From a candidate division WOR-3 bacterium (lineage in GTDB: Bacteria; Hydrothermota; Tepidihabitantia; Tepidihabitantales; Tepidihabitantaceae): DNA of 19,089 nt. The notes beneath the pieces are model-generated. The model saw nothing but the letters and a program-made list of their open reading frames with translations, was not told where the DNA came from and ran no database searches. This document shows, one piece after another, positions 8,361 to 17,268 of the stretch. Position numbers and translations under genes: made by a program. The DNA is taken from positions 1 through 19,089 of the forward strand of contig CBFGIT010000044.1 of assembly GCA_965648905.1 (NCBI GenBank). The letters are read 5' to 3'. Position 1 is the first letter of the stretch; every line of letters begins with the position of its first letter.

Positions 8361-9977
8361 ATGTCTAGAGTCTACTTGAAGCTATCTGCCGTCCTGCTGC
8401 TGGTCGTGAGTGTAGCCCATGCCTGGAACGTTGCTCGGGTCCACAAGTTCGGTCTGGACGGACACAGCATGTCTGCGACCGGGCTGTTTGACCTGACCGG
8501 TGACGGCAGTGCCGAATTCCTGGTGCCGGGCAACGCCTGGCTGTATTGCTACGACTCCGGGGCCGCACTGCGCTGGAGCTTCCCGCCGGCAAGCAACTAC
8601 TTCCCGGCGATAAGCTCGGCGCTCGCGGCTGACCTCTATGACGACGGCAACCTTGAGGTCGTCGTATCTACGCCGCTTACGGTCGCGGTCCTTGGCCCTG
8701 ATGGAACACCGGTCTGGCAGCGAACGCTCGCCGGCCAGGGTGCGGTTCAGAACTGCATCTCCTCGGTCGCGCTCGCCGACCTGAACCGGGACCGCCGGTT
8801 GGAGGTGCTGGCCTACGAGGTCTACGCCAATCGGCTGCTCTGTCTGGACCCAGGCCTGGGCGAGACCCTGTGGACCTATACCCCGGACGGGAACGTGTAT
8901 TTCTCGGTGGGCACGCCGACCGTTGCTGACCTGGATTGCGATGGCCGACTTAATGTCCTGGGCCAGGTATCGTTCACCGGCGGCGGCGGTCAGCTCTATT
9001 GCCTGGACGATACCGGCGCAAAGCTCTGGAGTTACAACACGACCGGGTCCGGCATCAGCGGCTGGCAACTGGCATCAGCCGCGGTCGCGGATGTGGACGG
9101 TGACGATTCGCTCGAGGTCGTGTCGGTTGCCAACTACTGGGGAGTCTTCTGTCTGGACTGTCGCGGCAACGAGCTCTGGACCAGACGCATCAGTGAGCAT
9201 ACCGCGTCGTACCCGGCAATCGCGGACGTTGACAATGACGACACCCTGGATGTCGTGGTCGCGGTCGGTCCGAACTTGCGCTGTTTCAACGCACGCACCG
9301 GTCGGGACAAGTGGTCGTTTGCCGTCGCGAGCGGATACTACGTTGTCTCGTCACCGGCGGTCTGCGACCTTGATGGCGACGGCCTGCTGGAAGTCATCTT
9401 TGCCGAAGTAAAACAGAACAACCCGAACGACTCGCTGCGGCCGATGTGGGTGCTCGACTGCCGGGGCCGACCCCTGTGGAATGATACGGTTGGCACAACC
9501 ATGTCGGACCCGACCGCAGGTGACGTGGATTCTGACGGCCGGGTTGAGTTCTGCATCGGGCCCACGTACCGTGGTTACAACTGGTGGTTGTTCCGGGCCG
9601 ACACGGTCGCAGTTGAACCGGGTCGAATAGACTGGCCGACGCTCCAGCACGACATCTGGCGCACCGGCTGGTACGGATACGAAGGTCCGGTCGTCGCGGT
9701 CGAGGAAGCGCACCCGCTCAATGGGGACAGGGTCAGGCTGACGGCACAACCGAACCCTTTCAGTTCCGTCACTCGACTTACGCTCAGCAACTTCAGGAAC
9801 AGAAGGCCCGGAATCTTCGACGCTTCGGGTCGGCTGGTCCGCGAGCTTACCAGCGGTGATGACCCGGTCTGGGACGGTCGAGACCTGCACGGCCGCTCGG
9901 TGCCTGCGGGCGCGTACTTTGTCAGACTCGCCGACATGACTGGCCCGGTCCTGCGCGTGGTCAAACTCGGGAAGTAA
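8361..9977 (+). CDS. Secreted FG-GAP/VCBS-repeat beta-propeller protein with a C-terminal FlgD-Ig/T9SS type A sorting-like domain
   Basis: Signal peptide ending AHA; eight D[LV]xxDxxx[EDN] repeats; WPTLQHD..RTG; C-terminal PNPF...IFDASGRLVREL...WDGRD..GR.V..G.YFVRL. Confidence 0.9.
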   Translation: MSRVYLKLSAVLLLVVSVAHAWNVARVHKFGLDGHSMSATGLFDLTGDGSAEFLVPGNAWLYCYDSGAALRWSFPPASNYFPAISSALAADLYDDGNLEVVVSTPLTVAVLGPDGTPVWQRTLAGQGAVQNCISSVALADLNRDRRLEVLAYEVYANRLLCLDPGLGETLWTYTPDGNVYFSVGTPTVADLDCDGRLNVLGQVSFTGGGGQLYCLDDTGAKLWSYNTTGSGISGWQLASAAVADVDGDDSLEVVSVANYWGVFCLDCRGNELWTRRISEHTASYPAIADVDNDDTLDVVVAVGPNLRCFNARTGRDKWSFAVASGYYVVSSPAVCDLDGDGLLEVIFAEVKQNNPNDSLRPMWVLDCRGRPLWNDTVGTTMSDPTAGDVDSDGRVEFCIGPTYRGYNWWLFRADTVAVEPGRIDWPTLQHDIWRTGWYGYEGPVVAVEEAHPLNGDRVRLTAQPNPFSSVTRLTLSNFRNRRPGIFDASGRLVRELTSGDDPVWDGRDLHGRSVPAGAYFVRLADMTGPVLRVVKLGK

Positions 9978-12650
9978 TTGGTCAAACTGGGGCTTGTGGC
10001 CGTGCTGGTCGCTGCGGCCTTTGGGGCCGAGACCGGCAAGATTGCCGGCCGCGTTCTTGACGCCGGCACACGGCAGCCGCTGGCGCGGGCAAACGTCGTG
10101 CTCGTCGGGGTCGAACTCGGTGCGGCGACCGACCTGAGCGGGTTCTATACGGTGCTGAACGTGCCCGCGGGCAGCTACTCGGTCGAGGCGTCAATGGTCG
10201 GCTATCGAACCGTCACCATGACCGGTGTCCGGGTTGAAGTTGACCGGACGGTGAGGCTCGACTTCCAGCTTGAGCCATCAGCGATTGATGTACCCGGTAT
10301 TGTTGTTCGTTCCCGGAAGCCTGAGGTCTCCAAGGAGTTCGTCGCCGCCCGGTTTGCCCTGCCCCGCGAGCAGTTCAGTCATCTGCCGCTCGATGCCTTT
10401 AGCGACGTGATGTTCCTCTCTGCCGGAGCGGCCCGGACCGAGAGCACGTTCCACGTCCGGGGCGGTCGGGCAACAGAAGTTGACTATCTGATTGACGGTG
10501 TCAGCGTTGTTGATCCGCTTTCGGGCGAGTTCGGCATCGAGCCGGCGCGCGGAGTGGCGGACGAGGTTGTGTTCATGCCCGGCGGGTTCTCGGCCGAGTA
10601 CGGCCGGGCGATGTCCGGAGTAGTCAATCTCGTTACCGTGAATCCTCGTCGGTCGGCCGGGGCCGGCTATCGGCTGAAGTCCGAGAAGCCGATGCCGTTC
10701 TACTACGACTTCGGGTATACTGACCAGGGGCTTCACTTTCACCTGCCGGCCGGCCGCCAGCTCGGCGCCTTCATCAATCTCGGGACAACCTCGATGGACG
10801 ACTGGGACCCGCGTCTGTTCCGGCTGCCGCACAAAGGCAGGGCCGATTATTCGGTCTACGGCAAGACCCAGTGGCAGCCATCAGGCAAGGTCCGGCTGAC
10901 CGGCTCGGCGACTCTGTTTCGCACCCAGTTTGATCGCTACCACACCAGGTGGCGGTTCCGGCTCAACGAATACCGCTCGGACCTGCGTCATGGCCAATTG
11001 CTTACACTCAAGACCAGCTACATGCCCAGTTCGCTCTCCTGCTTTGGTCTGGCTCTGTCACGGTTCTCGACCGACAAGACCCTGGGCGTGCGCGAACCCG
11101 GGCCGGTATCGCTCTTCTCGGACCTCAGGTTCCGTGACACGAATGAGTACCAGCGACCGGTGATTGATGAACGGAATCCGTGGCACGTCCGGTGGAACCG
11201 CTACTGGTACTTCTACACCGCGGGCAACTACGACCAGTACCGCCACACGCGGTCGGAAGTGAATAATGTGACCCTCTCAGGCTCAAGCCAGGTGACGCAT
11301 CATCATCAGCTTTCGTGGGGCGCGGTCGCAGACTTCTATGACGTGGCAAGTGACTGGTGGCGATGGATTCGCTCCAACAGCCCGTTCCATGACACCTACC
11401 ACTTTCTGCCTTTCGGGCTCAGCGGTTATGTCCAGGATAAGATTGAACACGAGGGCCTGTACGCCAACCTCGGTCTGCGATACGATCGACTGGACCCGAA
11501 GGCGACTTCGCTGGACACAGCCGACTTCGGCGAGCCGGCCCGGCCGCAATCAAGGTTGTCACCCCGTCTTGGTGCTTCATTCCGCATTACCGAGTGGCTG
11601 TTCGCCCGGGCCAACTACGGCTACTATGTTCAGTTTCCACTGCTGTCGCAGTTGTACGACAACACCGTCAACCCGATGTACTACCGGACATCATATCGCG
11701 ACTCACTGCTGGTCGTTGGCAACCCGCACCTTAGGCCGGAACGTACTCAGTCGTATGAAGTCGGGCTTCAGGGCGAGCTCTGGCGCGGCTTCTCGCTCAC
11801 GGCTAACCTCTGGCGCAAAGACGTCTATGACCTTGTCGGGACCCATGAAGTCCCGCGCCTGCCTGAGAAGTACGTCACGTACGTCAACAACGACTATGCA
11901 CGCCTAACCGGCCTTGAGTTCATTGCCGACCTGCGACAGGACTGGTTCAGTACCAGGCTTTCATATACTCTCTCCTTCGCGCGCGGAACAAGCTCTTATG
12001 CCAACCAGGCCTACTATGACTTCATTCTGCGCGGCGCGACTGTGCCTGCGGTCGAGTACCCGCTCGACTTTGACCAGCGCAACCGTTTGTTCCTGCAGCT
12101 TGATGCCACGATACCGAGGCAAACGACCGGGCTGCGACTGCTTGATGCCGTACTCGACAGCCTCGGTCTGCACCTGCTTGGGTATCTCGGCAATGGCTTT
12201 CCCTACTCGCCGCCCGGCGGCAAAGGCGACCCGGCAACATGGAACACGAGAATCGGGCCGTGGCGGTCCAACGTGGATGCAGTCCTGGGCAAAGGCTGGA
12301 GCATGGCTCGACTTCGGCTTGACCTTGTTGTTGAACTGCTCAACATACTCGACCGACGCGACATCATGTACGTCTATCCGGCAACAGGCCGACCGGACGA
12401 CGACGGTACTTACTTCTACTACTACGATTTCGAGTTCGTGCGGGGCGACACGATGACCTGCCCGCGCTGGTTCGGACAACCCGGCTATGACCCCCAGCTT
12501 GACGTCAACCATGACGGCTTGGTCAGCCCGGATGAGGCCCAGTGGATGGAATACTGGCGTGCCAACGAATACCACAAAGCGGCGGTTGACTGGGTCAACA
12601 ATTACGGGCCGCCACGCCGGGCACGGCTCGGGTTTTCAGTCTCCTTCTGA
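9978..12650 (+). CDS. TonB-dependent outer membrane receptor with an N-terminal carboxypeptidase-regulatory-like domain
   Basis: TGKIAGRV.D...PL..ANV; plug motifs HVRGGR..E..Y.IDG and GGFSAEYG.AMSGVVN; barrel motifs GLRYD, SPRLG, GNP.L.PERT.SYE.G; terminal Phe. Confidence 0.93.
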   Translation: MVKLGLVAVLVAAAFGAETGKIAGRVLDAGTRQPLARANVVLVGVELGAATDLSGFYTVLNVPAGSYSVEASMVGYRTVTMTGVRVEVDRTVRLDFQLEPSAIDVPGIVVRSRKPEVSKEFVAARFALPREQFSHLPLDAFSDVMFLSAGAARTESTFHVRGGRATEVDYLIDGVSVVDPLSGEFGIEPARGVADEVVFMPGGFSAEYGRAMSGVVNLVTVNPRRSAGAGYRLKSEKPMPFYYDFGYTDQGLHFHLPAGRQLGAFINLGTTSMDDWDPRLFRLPHKGRADYSVYGKTQWQPSGKVRLTGSATLFRTQFDRYHTRWRFRLNEYRSDLRHGQLLTLKTSYMPSSLSCFGLALSRFSTDKTLGVREPGPVSLFSDLRFRDTNEYQRPVIDERNPWHVRWNRYWYFYTAGNYDQYRHTRSEVNNVTLSGSSQVTHHHQLSWGAVADFYDVASDWWRWIRSNSPFHDTYHFLPFGLSGYVQDKIEHEGLYANLGLRYDRLDPKATSLDTADFGEPARPQSRLSPRLGASFRITEWLFARANYGYYVQFPLLSQLYDNTVNPMYYRTSYRDSLLVVGNPHLRPERTQSYEVGLQGELWRGFSLTANLWRKDVYDLVGTHEVPRLPEKYVTYVNNDYARLTGLEFIADLRQDWFSTRLSYTLSFARGTSSYANQAYYDFILRGATVPAVEYPLDFDQRNRLFLQLDATIPRQTTGLRLLDAVLDSLGLHLLGYLGNGFPYSPPGGKGDPATWNTRIGPWRSNVDAVLGKGWSMARLRLDLVVELLNILDRRDIMYVYPATGRPDDDGTYFYYYDFEFVRGDTMTCPRWFGQPGYDPQLDVNHDGLVSPDEAQWMEYWRANEYHKAAVDWVNNYGPPRRARLGFSVSF

Positions 12651-12683
12651 GCGAAGGGCAGCCGCGGCAACAGCCATGCATGC

Positions 12684-12711
12684 TTGACTGACGGCAAGAT
12701 GGTTCTATAAT
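12684..12711 (+). promoter_or_regulatory. Promoter of the ferredoxin-sppA-oxidase operon (leaderless type)
   Basis: TTGACT (12684-12689), 16 bp, TATAAT (12706-12711), GTG start 5 nt later. Confidence 0.75.
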
Positions 12712-12716
12712 CGCGC

Positions 12717-13241
12717 GTGCGCTCCAATCCTGCCCAGTATCAGCGAACCGGCGTACTCCCGGAACGGGAGGTTGTCGCTCGGGAATTGGTTCCGCCACGC
12801 TCAAGGCTTGATGCGGGCCCGGTGGTCGTGGTGGAGTGTATTGAGCAGATCCCGTGTGACCCATGTGCCCATGCCTGTCCGCGTGGCGCGATTACTGTGG
12901 GGCCGAATCTGACTGACACGCCCAAAGTAGACTTTGATAAGTGCAACGGGTGCGCGGTCTGCGTTGCCCGGTGTCCGGGTCTGGCGATTTTCGTGGTCAA
13001 CCGTGCCTATTCGGAGACTGAGGCGACCGTGACTTTGCCCTACGAGATGCTGCCCAGACCAACTGAAGGGAGCAGAGTCACCCTGCTGGACCGGGCCGGC
13101 CGGCCGGTCGGTGTAGGAAAAGTGATAAGAGTGCGGGATACGAAGGCGCAGAATCGGTGCGCGGTTGTGACCGTGACTGTGCCCAAGCGACTTCTCAATA
13201 CCGTGCGCGGTATCCGGGTATCGGGCCGCAAAGGAGCTTAG
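12717..13241 (+). CDS. 4Fe-4S dicluster ferredoxin-like subunit of a sarcosine oxidase/dye-linked proline dehydrogenase-type complex
   Basis: ECIEQIPCDPCAHACP and CNGCAVCVARCPGLAIF; C-terminal LPYEMLP.P..G..V..LDR.G. Confidence 0.85.
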   Translation: MRSNPAQYQRTGVLPEREVVARELVPPRSRLDAGPVVVVECIEQIPCDPCAHACPRGAITVGPNLTDTPKVDFDKCNGCAVCVARCPGLAIFVVNRAYSETEATVTLPYEMLPRPTEGSRVTLLDRAGRPVGVGKVIRVRDTKAQNRCAVVTVTVPKRLLNTVRGIRVSGRKGA

Positions 13242-15440
13242 ATGACCATCTGTTTGCTGGCTCTCGTTTTGCTGGTGACGCCGCAGATGCCTCTGTCGAT
13301 TTCCACGACCGATGATGCTCGGGCGGTCTTTGCCAACCCGGCCGGATTGGGCATGAACCGCGAGGCGGACTTGTACTACTTCTACAATGCCCAGCGGGGC
13401 GAGTTCGCCCGCAATCACTCGTTTGCCCTGAGTCTGGGCGGCCTGGGTGGATTCTGGGAGCCTGTGCCGCGTCGGTACGGCGTGGCTCTGGGCATGGGTG
13501 GCCGTACCGTGACGTCCGGTCTACGTGTCGTGCACGACACCGTCACCAGTTGGGACATGGGCGCGATGGTCCGACCCCTGCGCTGGCTTTCGCTCGGTAT
13601 GGTCTGGCAGGACTACACCCGGGACTGGGGCCACGTTCAGGTTGGAGCGGCAGTCCGTCCGCTCGGCCGAAGGTTGACGCTCTTCGCCGAAACCCAGTCG
13701 ATCGCCTGGACCCAGTACACGGTCGGGTTTGGGGCTGAGCCGCGGGACGGACTTGGCCTGGCTGGCCGGGTTGTGCCCGGTTCTGACTTGAAGAGCACCA
13801 AGTTCTGTGCTGGCCTGAGTCTGGGCTTGGGCAGAGCCGGGATCGAGTTCCTGACCGCACGTCCGCCGACGGAAATCGGTCTGGCGCTGCGTCTTGGAAG
13901 CAGGCGTGCTTCGTCACTGCTGCGGCCGAAGCGCTATCTGGAAGTGAAGCTCCGCGAGCAGGTCACAGACCAGCGGCCCGGATTCAGCTTGATGGGCGGC
14001 GGCCCTTCCCGCCAGACCTGGAACCTCCTACGGACAATCGACCGGGCGACTCATGACCGGTCGGTTCAAGCACTTGTGCTTCATCTTGACGGCGCAAGCA
14101 TGAGTTTTGTCCATGCGCAGGAGCTGCGCCGGGCGCTTGAGAGATTCAAGGCCGAAGGCAAGAAGGTCTATGTCTATGCGCCTCAACTGCACATGATCGG
14201 CTACTACACTGCCTCGGTTGCCGACCGGATAATCAGTCATCCGTTGGGCGACGTTGCGATTCCGGGCGTATCGGCCCAGGCCGTGTTCCTTAAGGGGACG
14301 CTGGATAAGCTCGGAATAAAGGTCAACTATACCCGTCACGGCCGGTACAAGTCCGCAGTCGAGATGTTTTCCGAGGACTCACTGACTCCGGACAATCGCG
14401 AGCAGTTGGAAGCGCTGGTTGACGCAGCCTACGAGGAGTTTGTCCGGGCAGTTGCCGAAGGACGGCATCTGGCACCTGAAACAGTTGAAACCCGGGTCGA
14501 ACACGGCTTCTTTACCGCCCAGCGCGCCCAGGCGGTCGGGTTGATTGATACGGTCTGCCACCACGATGAGCTGGACAGCGTGCTCAGGCCCGAGCTTGCC
14601 GGTTTGCGGCGCTGTCCGGAGCGGGTCTATGACGAGCTGGAGCCTGGCGGTCAGGAGTGGCAGGAACCATCGGCTGTAGCTGTAGTCTATGCCGTCGGTT
14701 CAATCAGCACCGGTGAATCAGGAACTGATTTTCTGACCGGCGAGCAGCGCATGGGTGCGAACACGATATGCCGGGCAATCCGCGCGGCCCGAAACAATCG
14801 ACGGGTGAAGGCGATTATGCTGCGCATTGACTCCCCGGGTGGTGACGGCTACGCATCTGACCTCATCTGGCGCGAGCTTGAACTGACTCGGAAGAAAAAG
14901 CCGGTCGTGGTCTCAATGGGCACCGTGGCCGCGTCGGGCGGATACTACATCGCCTGCAATGCCCGGCGGGTGTTCGCGCTGCCGACGACCATCACCGGTT
15001 CGATCGGTGTATTCAGTCTCAAGCTCGTCACCGAAGGGCTGTACAACAAGTTCGGCATGCGGCGTCAGGTCGTCAAGCGCGGTGAGCGGGCCGATGCGAT
15101 GTCGGACGTGCGCGAACTGACTCCAGATGAGGATTCGTTGATGCAGGACATCGTGGATGACTTCTACCGGCAGTTTGTCCGCAAGGTTGCTGAGGGCCGC
15201 GGCCTGTCGGTCGAGAAGGTCGACTCGGTCGGACAGGGCCGAGTCTGGGCCGGTACCGACGCCGTTGCTGCCGGTATCGTTGACTCGCTCGGAGGATTGC
15301 TTGACGCGGTTGAGTACGCCAAGCACGAGGCCGGACTCAAACAGTGCAGCTTCGTCTTCTATCCGAAGCCGAGGGCCGACTTCCTTTCCCGGGCTGGCGG
15401 GTTTATGCGGGACCGGGTGCTCAAGGTGCGCTACGAATGA
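13242..15440 (+). CDS. sppA: Signal peptide peptidase SppA (S49, tandem-domain type) with an extra N-terminal beta-strand-rich domain
   Basis: GRYKSAVE (catalytic Lys), RIDSPGG, VVVSMG.VAASGGYYIA (catalytic Ser), TITGSIGV, GRVW.G..A...G.VD.LGG; AAGGAG SD at 13230-13235. Confidence 0.93.
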   Translation: MTICLLALVLLVTPQMPLSISTTDDARAVFANPAGLGMNREADLYYFYNAQRGEFARNHSFALSLGGLGGFWEPVPRRYGVALGMGGRTVTSGLRVVHDTVTSWDMGAMVRPLRWLSLGMVWQDYTRDWGHVQVGAAVRPLGRRLTLFAETQSIAWTQYTVGFGAEPRDGLGLAGRVVPGSDLKSTKFCAGLSLGLGRAGIEFLTARPPTEIGLALRLGSRRASSLLRPKRYLEVKLREQVTDQRPGFSLMGGGPSRQTWNLLRTIDRATHDRSVQALVLHLDGASMSFVHAQELRRALERFKAEGKKVYVYAPQLHMIGYYTASVADRIISHPLGDVAIPGVSAQAVFLKGTLDKLGIKVNYTRHGRYKSAVEMFSEDSLTPDNREQLEALVDAAYEEFVRAVAEGRHLAPETVETRVEHGFFTAQRAQAVGLIDTVCHHDELDSVLRPELAGLRRCPERVYDELEPGGQEWQEPSAVAVVYAVGSISTGESGTDFLTGEQRMGANTICRAIRAARNNRRVKAIMLRIDSPGGDGYASDLIWRELELTRKKKPVVVSMGTVAASGGYYIACNARRVFALPTTITGSIGVFSLKLVTEGLYNKFGMRRQVVKRGERADAMSDVRELTPDEDSLMQDIVDDFYRQFVRKVAEGRGLSVEKVDSVGQGRVWAGTDAVAAGIVDSLGGLLDAVEYAKHEAGLKQCSFVFYPKPRADFLSRAGGFMRDRVLKVRYE

Positions 15441-15736
15441 ACCAACGCCGAACCAGAGCCGACATTGTGGTCGTGTGCCGGTGCGAGGAGGTTACGGAGA
15501 CGGAAATTCGGGACGCGGTCAGGCAGGGCTACCACTCGCTTGAGGAGCTCAAACGGGTACTCCGCGTCGGCATGGGACATTGTCAGGGCCGGGGCTGCCT
15601 GCGTAACATTGCCCGAATCATCCAGGAAGAGACCGGCATCCCGGCCGCAACTCAGAAGCTGCCCAAGCCCAGACCGCCGCTGAAACCTTTGCCGCTCGGT
15701 CTGCTCGGCAGGCACGACGCGACCACGCATGAGTAA
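15437..15736 (+). CDS. BFD-like (2Fe-2S)-binding protein (sarcosine oxidase alpha C-terminal-like)
   Basis: VCRCEEVT..EI..A...G.....ELKR..R.GMG.CQGR.C and PRPP.KP; ATG 15437 overlaps the sppA stop. Confidence 0.88.
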   Translation: MNQRRTRADIVVVCRCEEVTETEIRDAVRQGYHSLEELKRVLRVGMGHCQGRGCLRNIARIIQEETGIPAATQKLPKPRPPLKPLPLGLLGRHDATTHE

Positions 15737-16862
15737 GACTGCGGACGTTGTTGTCATCGGCGCCGGAGTCATCGGCGCGGCAACCGGGTACTATCTGGCC
15801 CGCAGGGGCTTGAGAGTACTGGTTCTGGAGCGCGATTTTCCCTGCTGCGGCTCGACCGGCCGCTGCATCGGCGGCATCCGTGCCCAGTTCACCCATGACC
15901 TGACTATCCGGGTGATGCTCGAAAGTGTGCGGATGTTCAGTCAGTTACACGAGGAACTCGGACAGGATGTCGAATGGTACCAGGGCGGATATCTGTTCCT
16001 CGCCTTTGACGAACCACGTCGTCAGGCATTCCTCGATGCGATTGCTGTCCAGCAGCGATATGGGCTCAAGGTCAGCTTCATCTCCGTTGACGACTGTCGT
16101 GCGCTGGTTCCCGGTCTGGATGCAAACGGGCTTCTGGGTGGTGCGTACTGCCCGACCGACGGCCAGGCCAATCCGTTCAAAGTCACCTATGGGTACCTGC
16201 GCAGCATCAAGCAACTGGGTGGCGATGTATTGGTGCAAACACCGGTACGCAGTATCAACTGCAACGGCGACAAGGTCGTCTCTATCACGACCGAGGCCGG
16301 CGAAGAAATCAGCGCTGGCATGGTTCTGAACGCTGCCGGGCCGTGGGCCGGGGAGGTCGGCGCCATGGCCGGGGTCCAGGTGCCGGTCAAGCCTGACCGC
16401 CACGAATCACTGGTTACCGAGGCGGTTGAACGGCTGTTCGACCCAATGCTTGTGGACTATCGTTCAGACGGCTGCTACTTTGTTCAGAACTTCGGCACCG
16501 GCCATTTCATCGGCTGCTATACTCCGGTTCCGCTTGTACCGGGGATGCGGACCGATGCCAGCGACGAGTTTCTCACCGAGATGCCGCGGCGGATGGTCAG
16601 GCTCGTACCCAGGCTTGCCGGCGTCAAGGTGATTCGCCAGTGGGCCGGGTCATACGAGATGAGCCCGGACGGAAACCCGCTCTGCGGCCCGACACCGGTG
16701 CGCGGTTTGTACGTTGCGGCCGGCATGAGCGGCCACGGGTTCATGTTCGGGCCGGCGCTGGGCCGATTGATGGCCGAACTGATGACATCAGGACAATCGT
16801 CTCTGCCGCTTGACGAGTTCCGGCTTGACCGCAGCTTTGGCAAAGCCGAAGCGATGAAGTAG
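15729..16862 (+). CDS. FAD-dependent oxidoreductase, DAO/sarcosine oxidase beta/proline dehydrogenase beta family
   Basis: DVVVIGAGVIG..G, GSTGRC.GGIR.QF, DGQANP, NAAGPW, RQWAG.Y..SPDG.P and GMSGHGFM.GP. Confidence 0.92.
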   Translation: MSKTADVVVIGAGVIGAATGYYLARRGLRVLVLERDFPCCGSTGRCIGGIRAQFTHDLTIRVMLESVRMFSQLHEELGQDVEWYQGGYLFLAFDEPRRQAFLDAIAVQQRYGLKVSFISVDDCRALVPGLDANGLLGGAYCPTDGQANPFKVTYGYLRSIKQLGGDVLVQTPVRSINCNGDKVVSITTEAGEEISAGMVLNAAGPWAGEVGAMAGVQVPVKPDRHESLVTEAVERLFDPMLVDYRSDGCYFVQNFGTGHFIGCYTPVPLVPGMRTDASDEFLTEMPRRMVRLVPRLAGVKVIRQWAGSYEMSPDGNPLCGPTPVRGLYVAAGMSGHGFMFGPALGRLMAELMTSGQSSLPLDEFRLDRSFGKAEAMK

Positions 16863-16904
16863 CAGAAGCCGTCCCTTAGGAAGTTCTCGTAGTCCTGGCT
16901 CGAG

Positions 16905-17252
16905 CTAGTGCCTGCCGACCCGCAGTGCTTCGAGGTTCTTCCTGGCGTCAGGCGGCATTATCTTGAAGTGCTGCTGGAGCCTGTCGCAGGCGTAGTCCGT
17001 GCAGTCAGCACAGGTCTTGACGCTGTGCTGCAGACCGCAGGTTCGGACCTCGCACATGCCGCAGTAGCCGACGTGCCGTCCTTCGGACGTACAGCCGTCG
17101 CAGTTGATGTCCGCAGGCTTGAACTCGTGCTTGAACATCTCGGTCCATTCGGCTGCGGTCCGGGCACGCAGACTGTCGTCATCTGCCTGCGTGGCCTTGT
17201 AGGCTGAACAGGCAGCACAATCCAGCCCACACATGGCAATCAGTCTGGCCAT
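16905..17252 (-). CDS. Cys-rich DUF3795-like protein
   Basis: CGLDC..C, C.GC, C..CEVR.C, CA.C..Y.C..L; AAGGAGG SD at 17258-17264 supports ATG 17252 rather than 17414. Confidence 0.85.
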   Translation of the reverse strand: MARLIAMCGLDCAACSAYKATQADDDSLRARTAAEWTEMFKHEFKPADINCDGCTSEGRHVGYCGMCEVRTCGLQHSVKTCADCTDYACDRLQQHFKIMPPDARKNLEALRVGRH

Positions 17253-17268
17253 CTGGTCCTCCTTGGGG

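Noticed and set aside
15344..15436. Upstream extension of the BFD-like ORF
   Set aside because: It overlaps sppA by about 100 bp; ATG 15437 gives the normal size and ATGA coupling.
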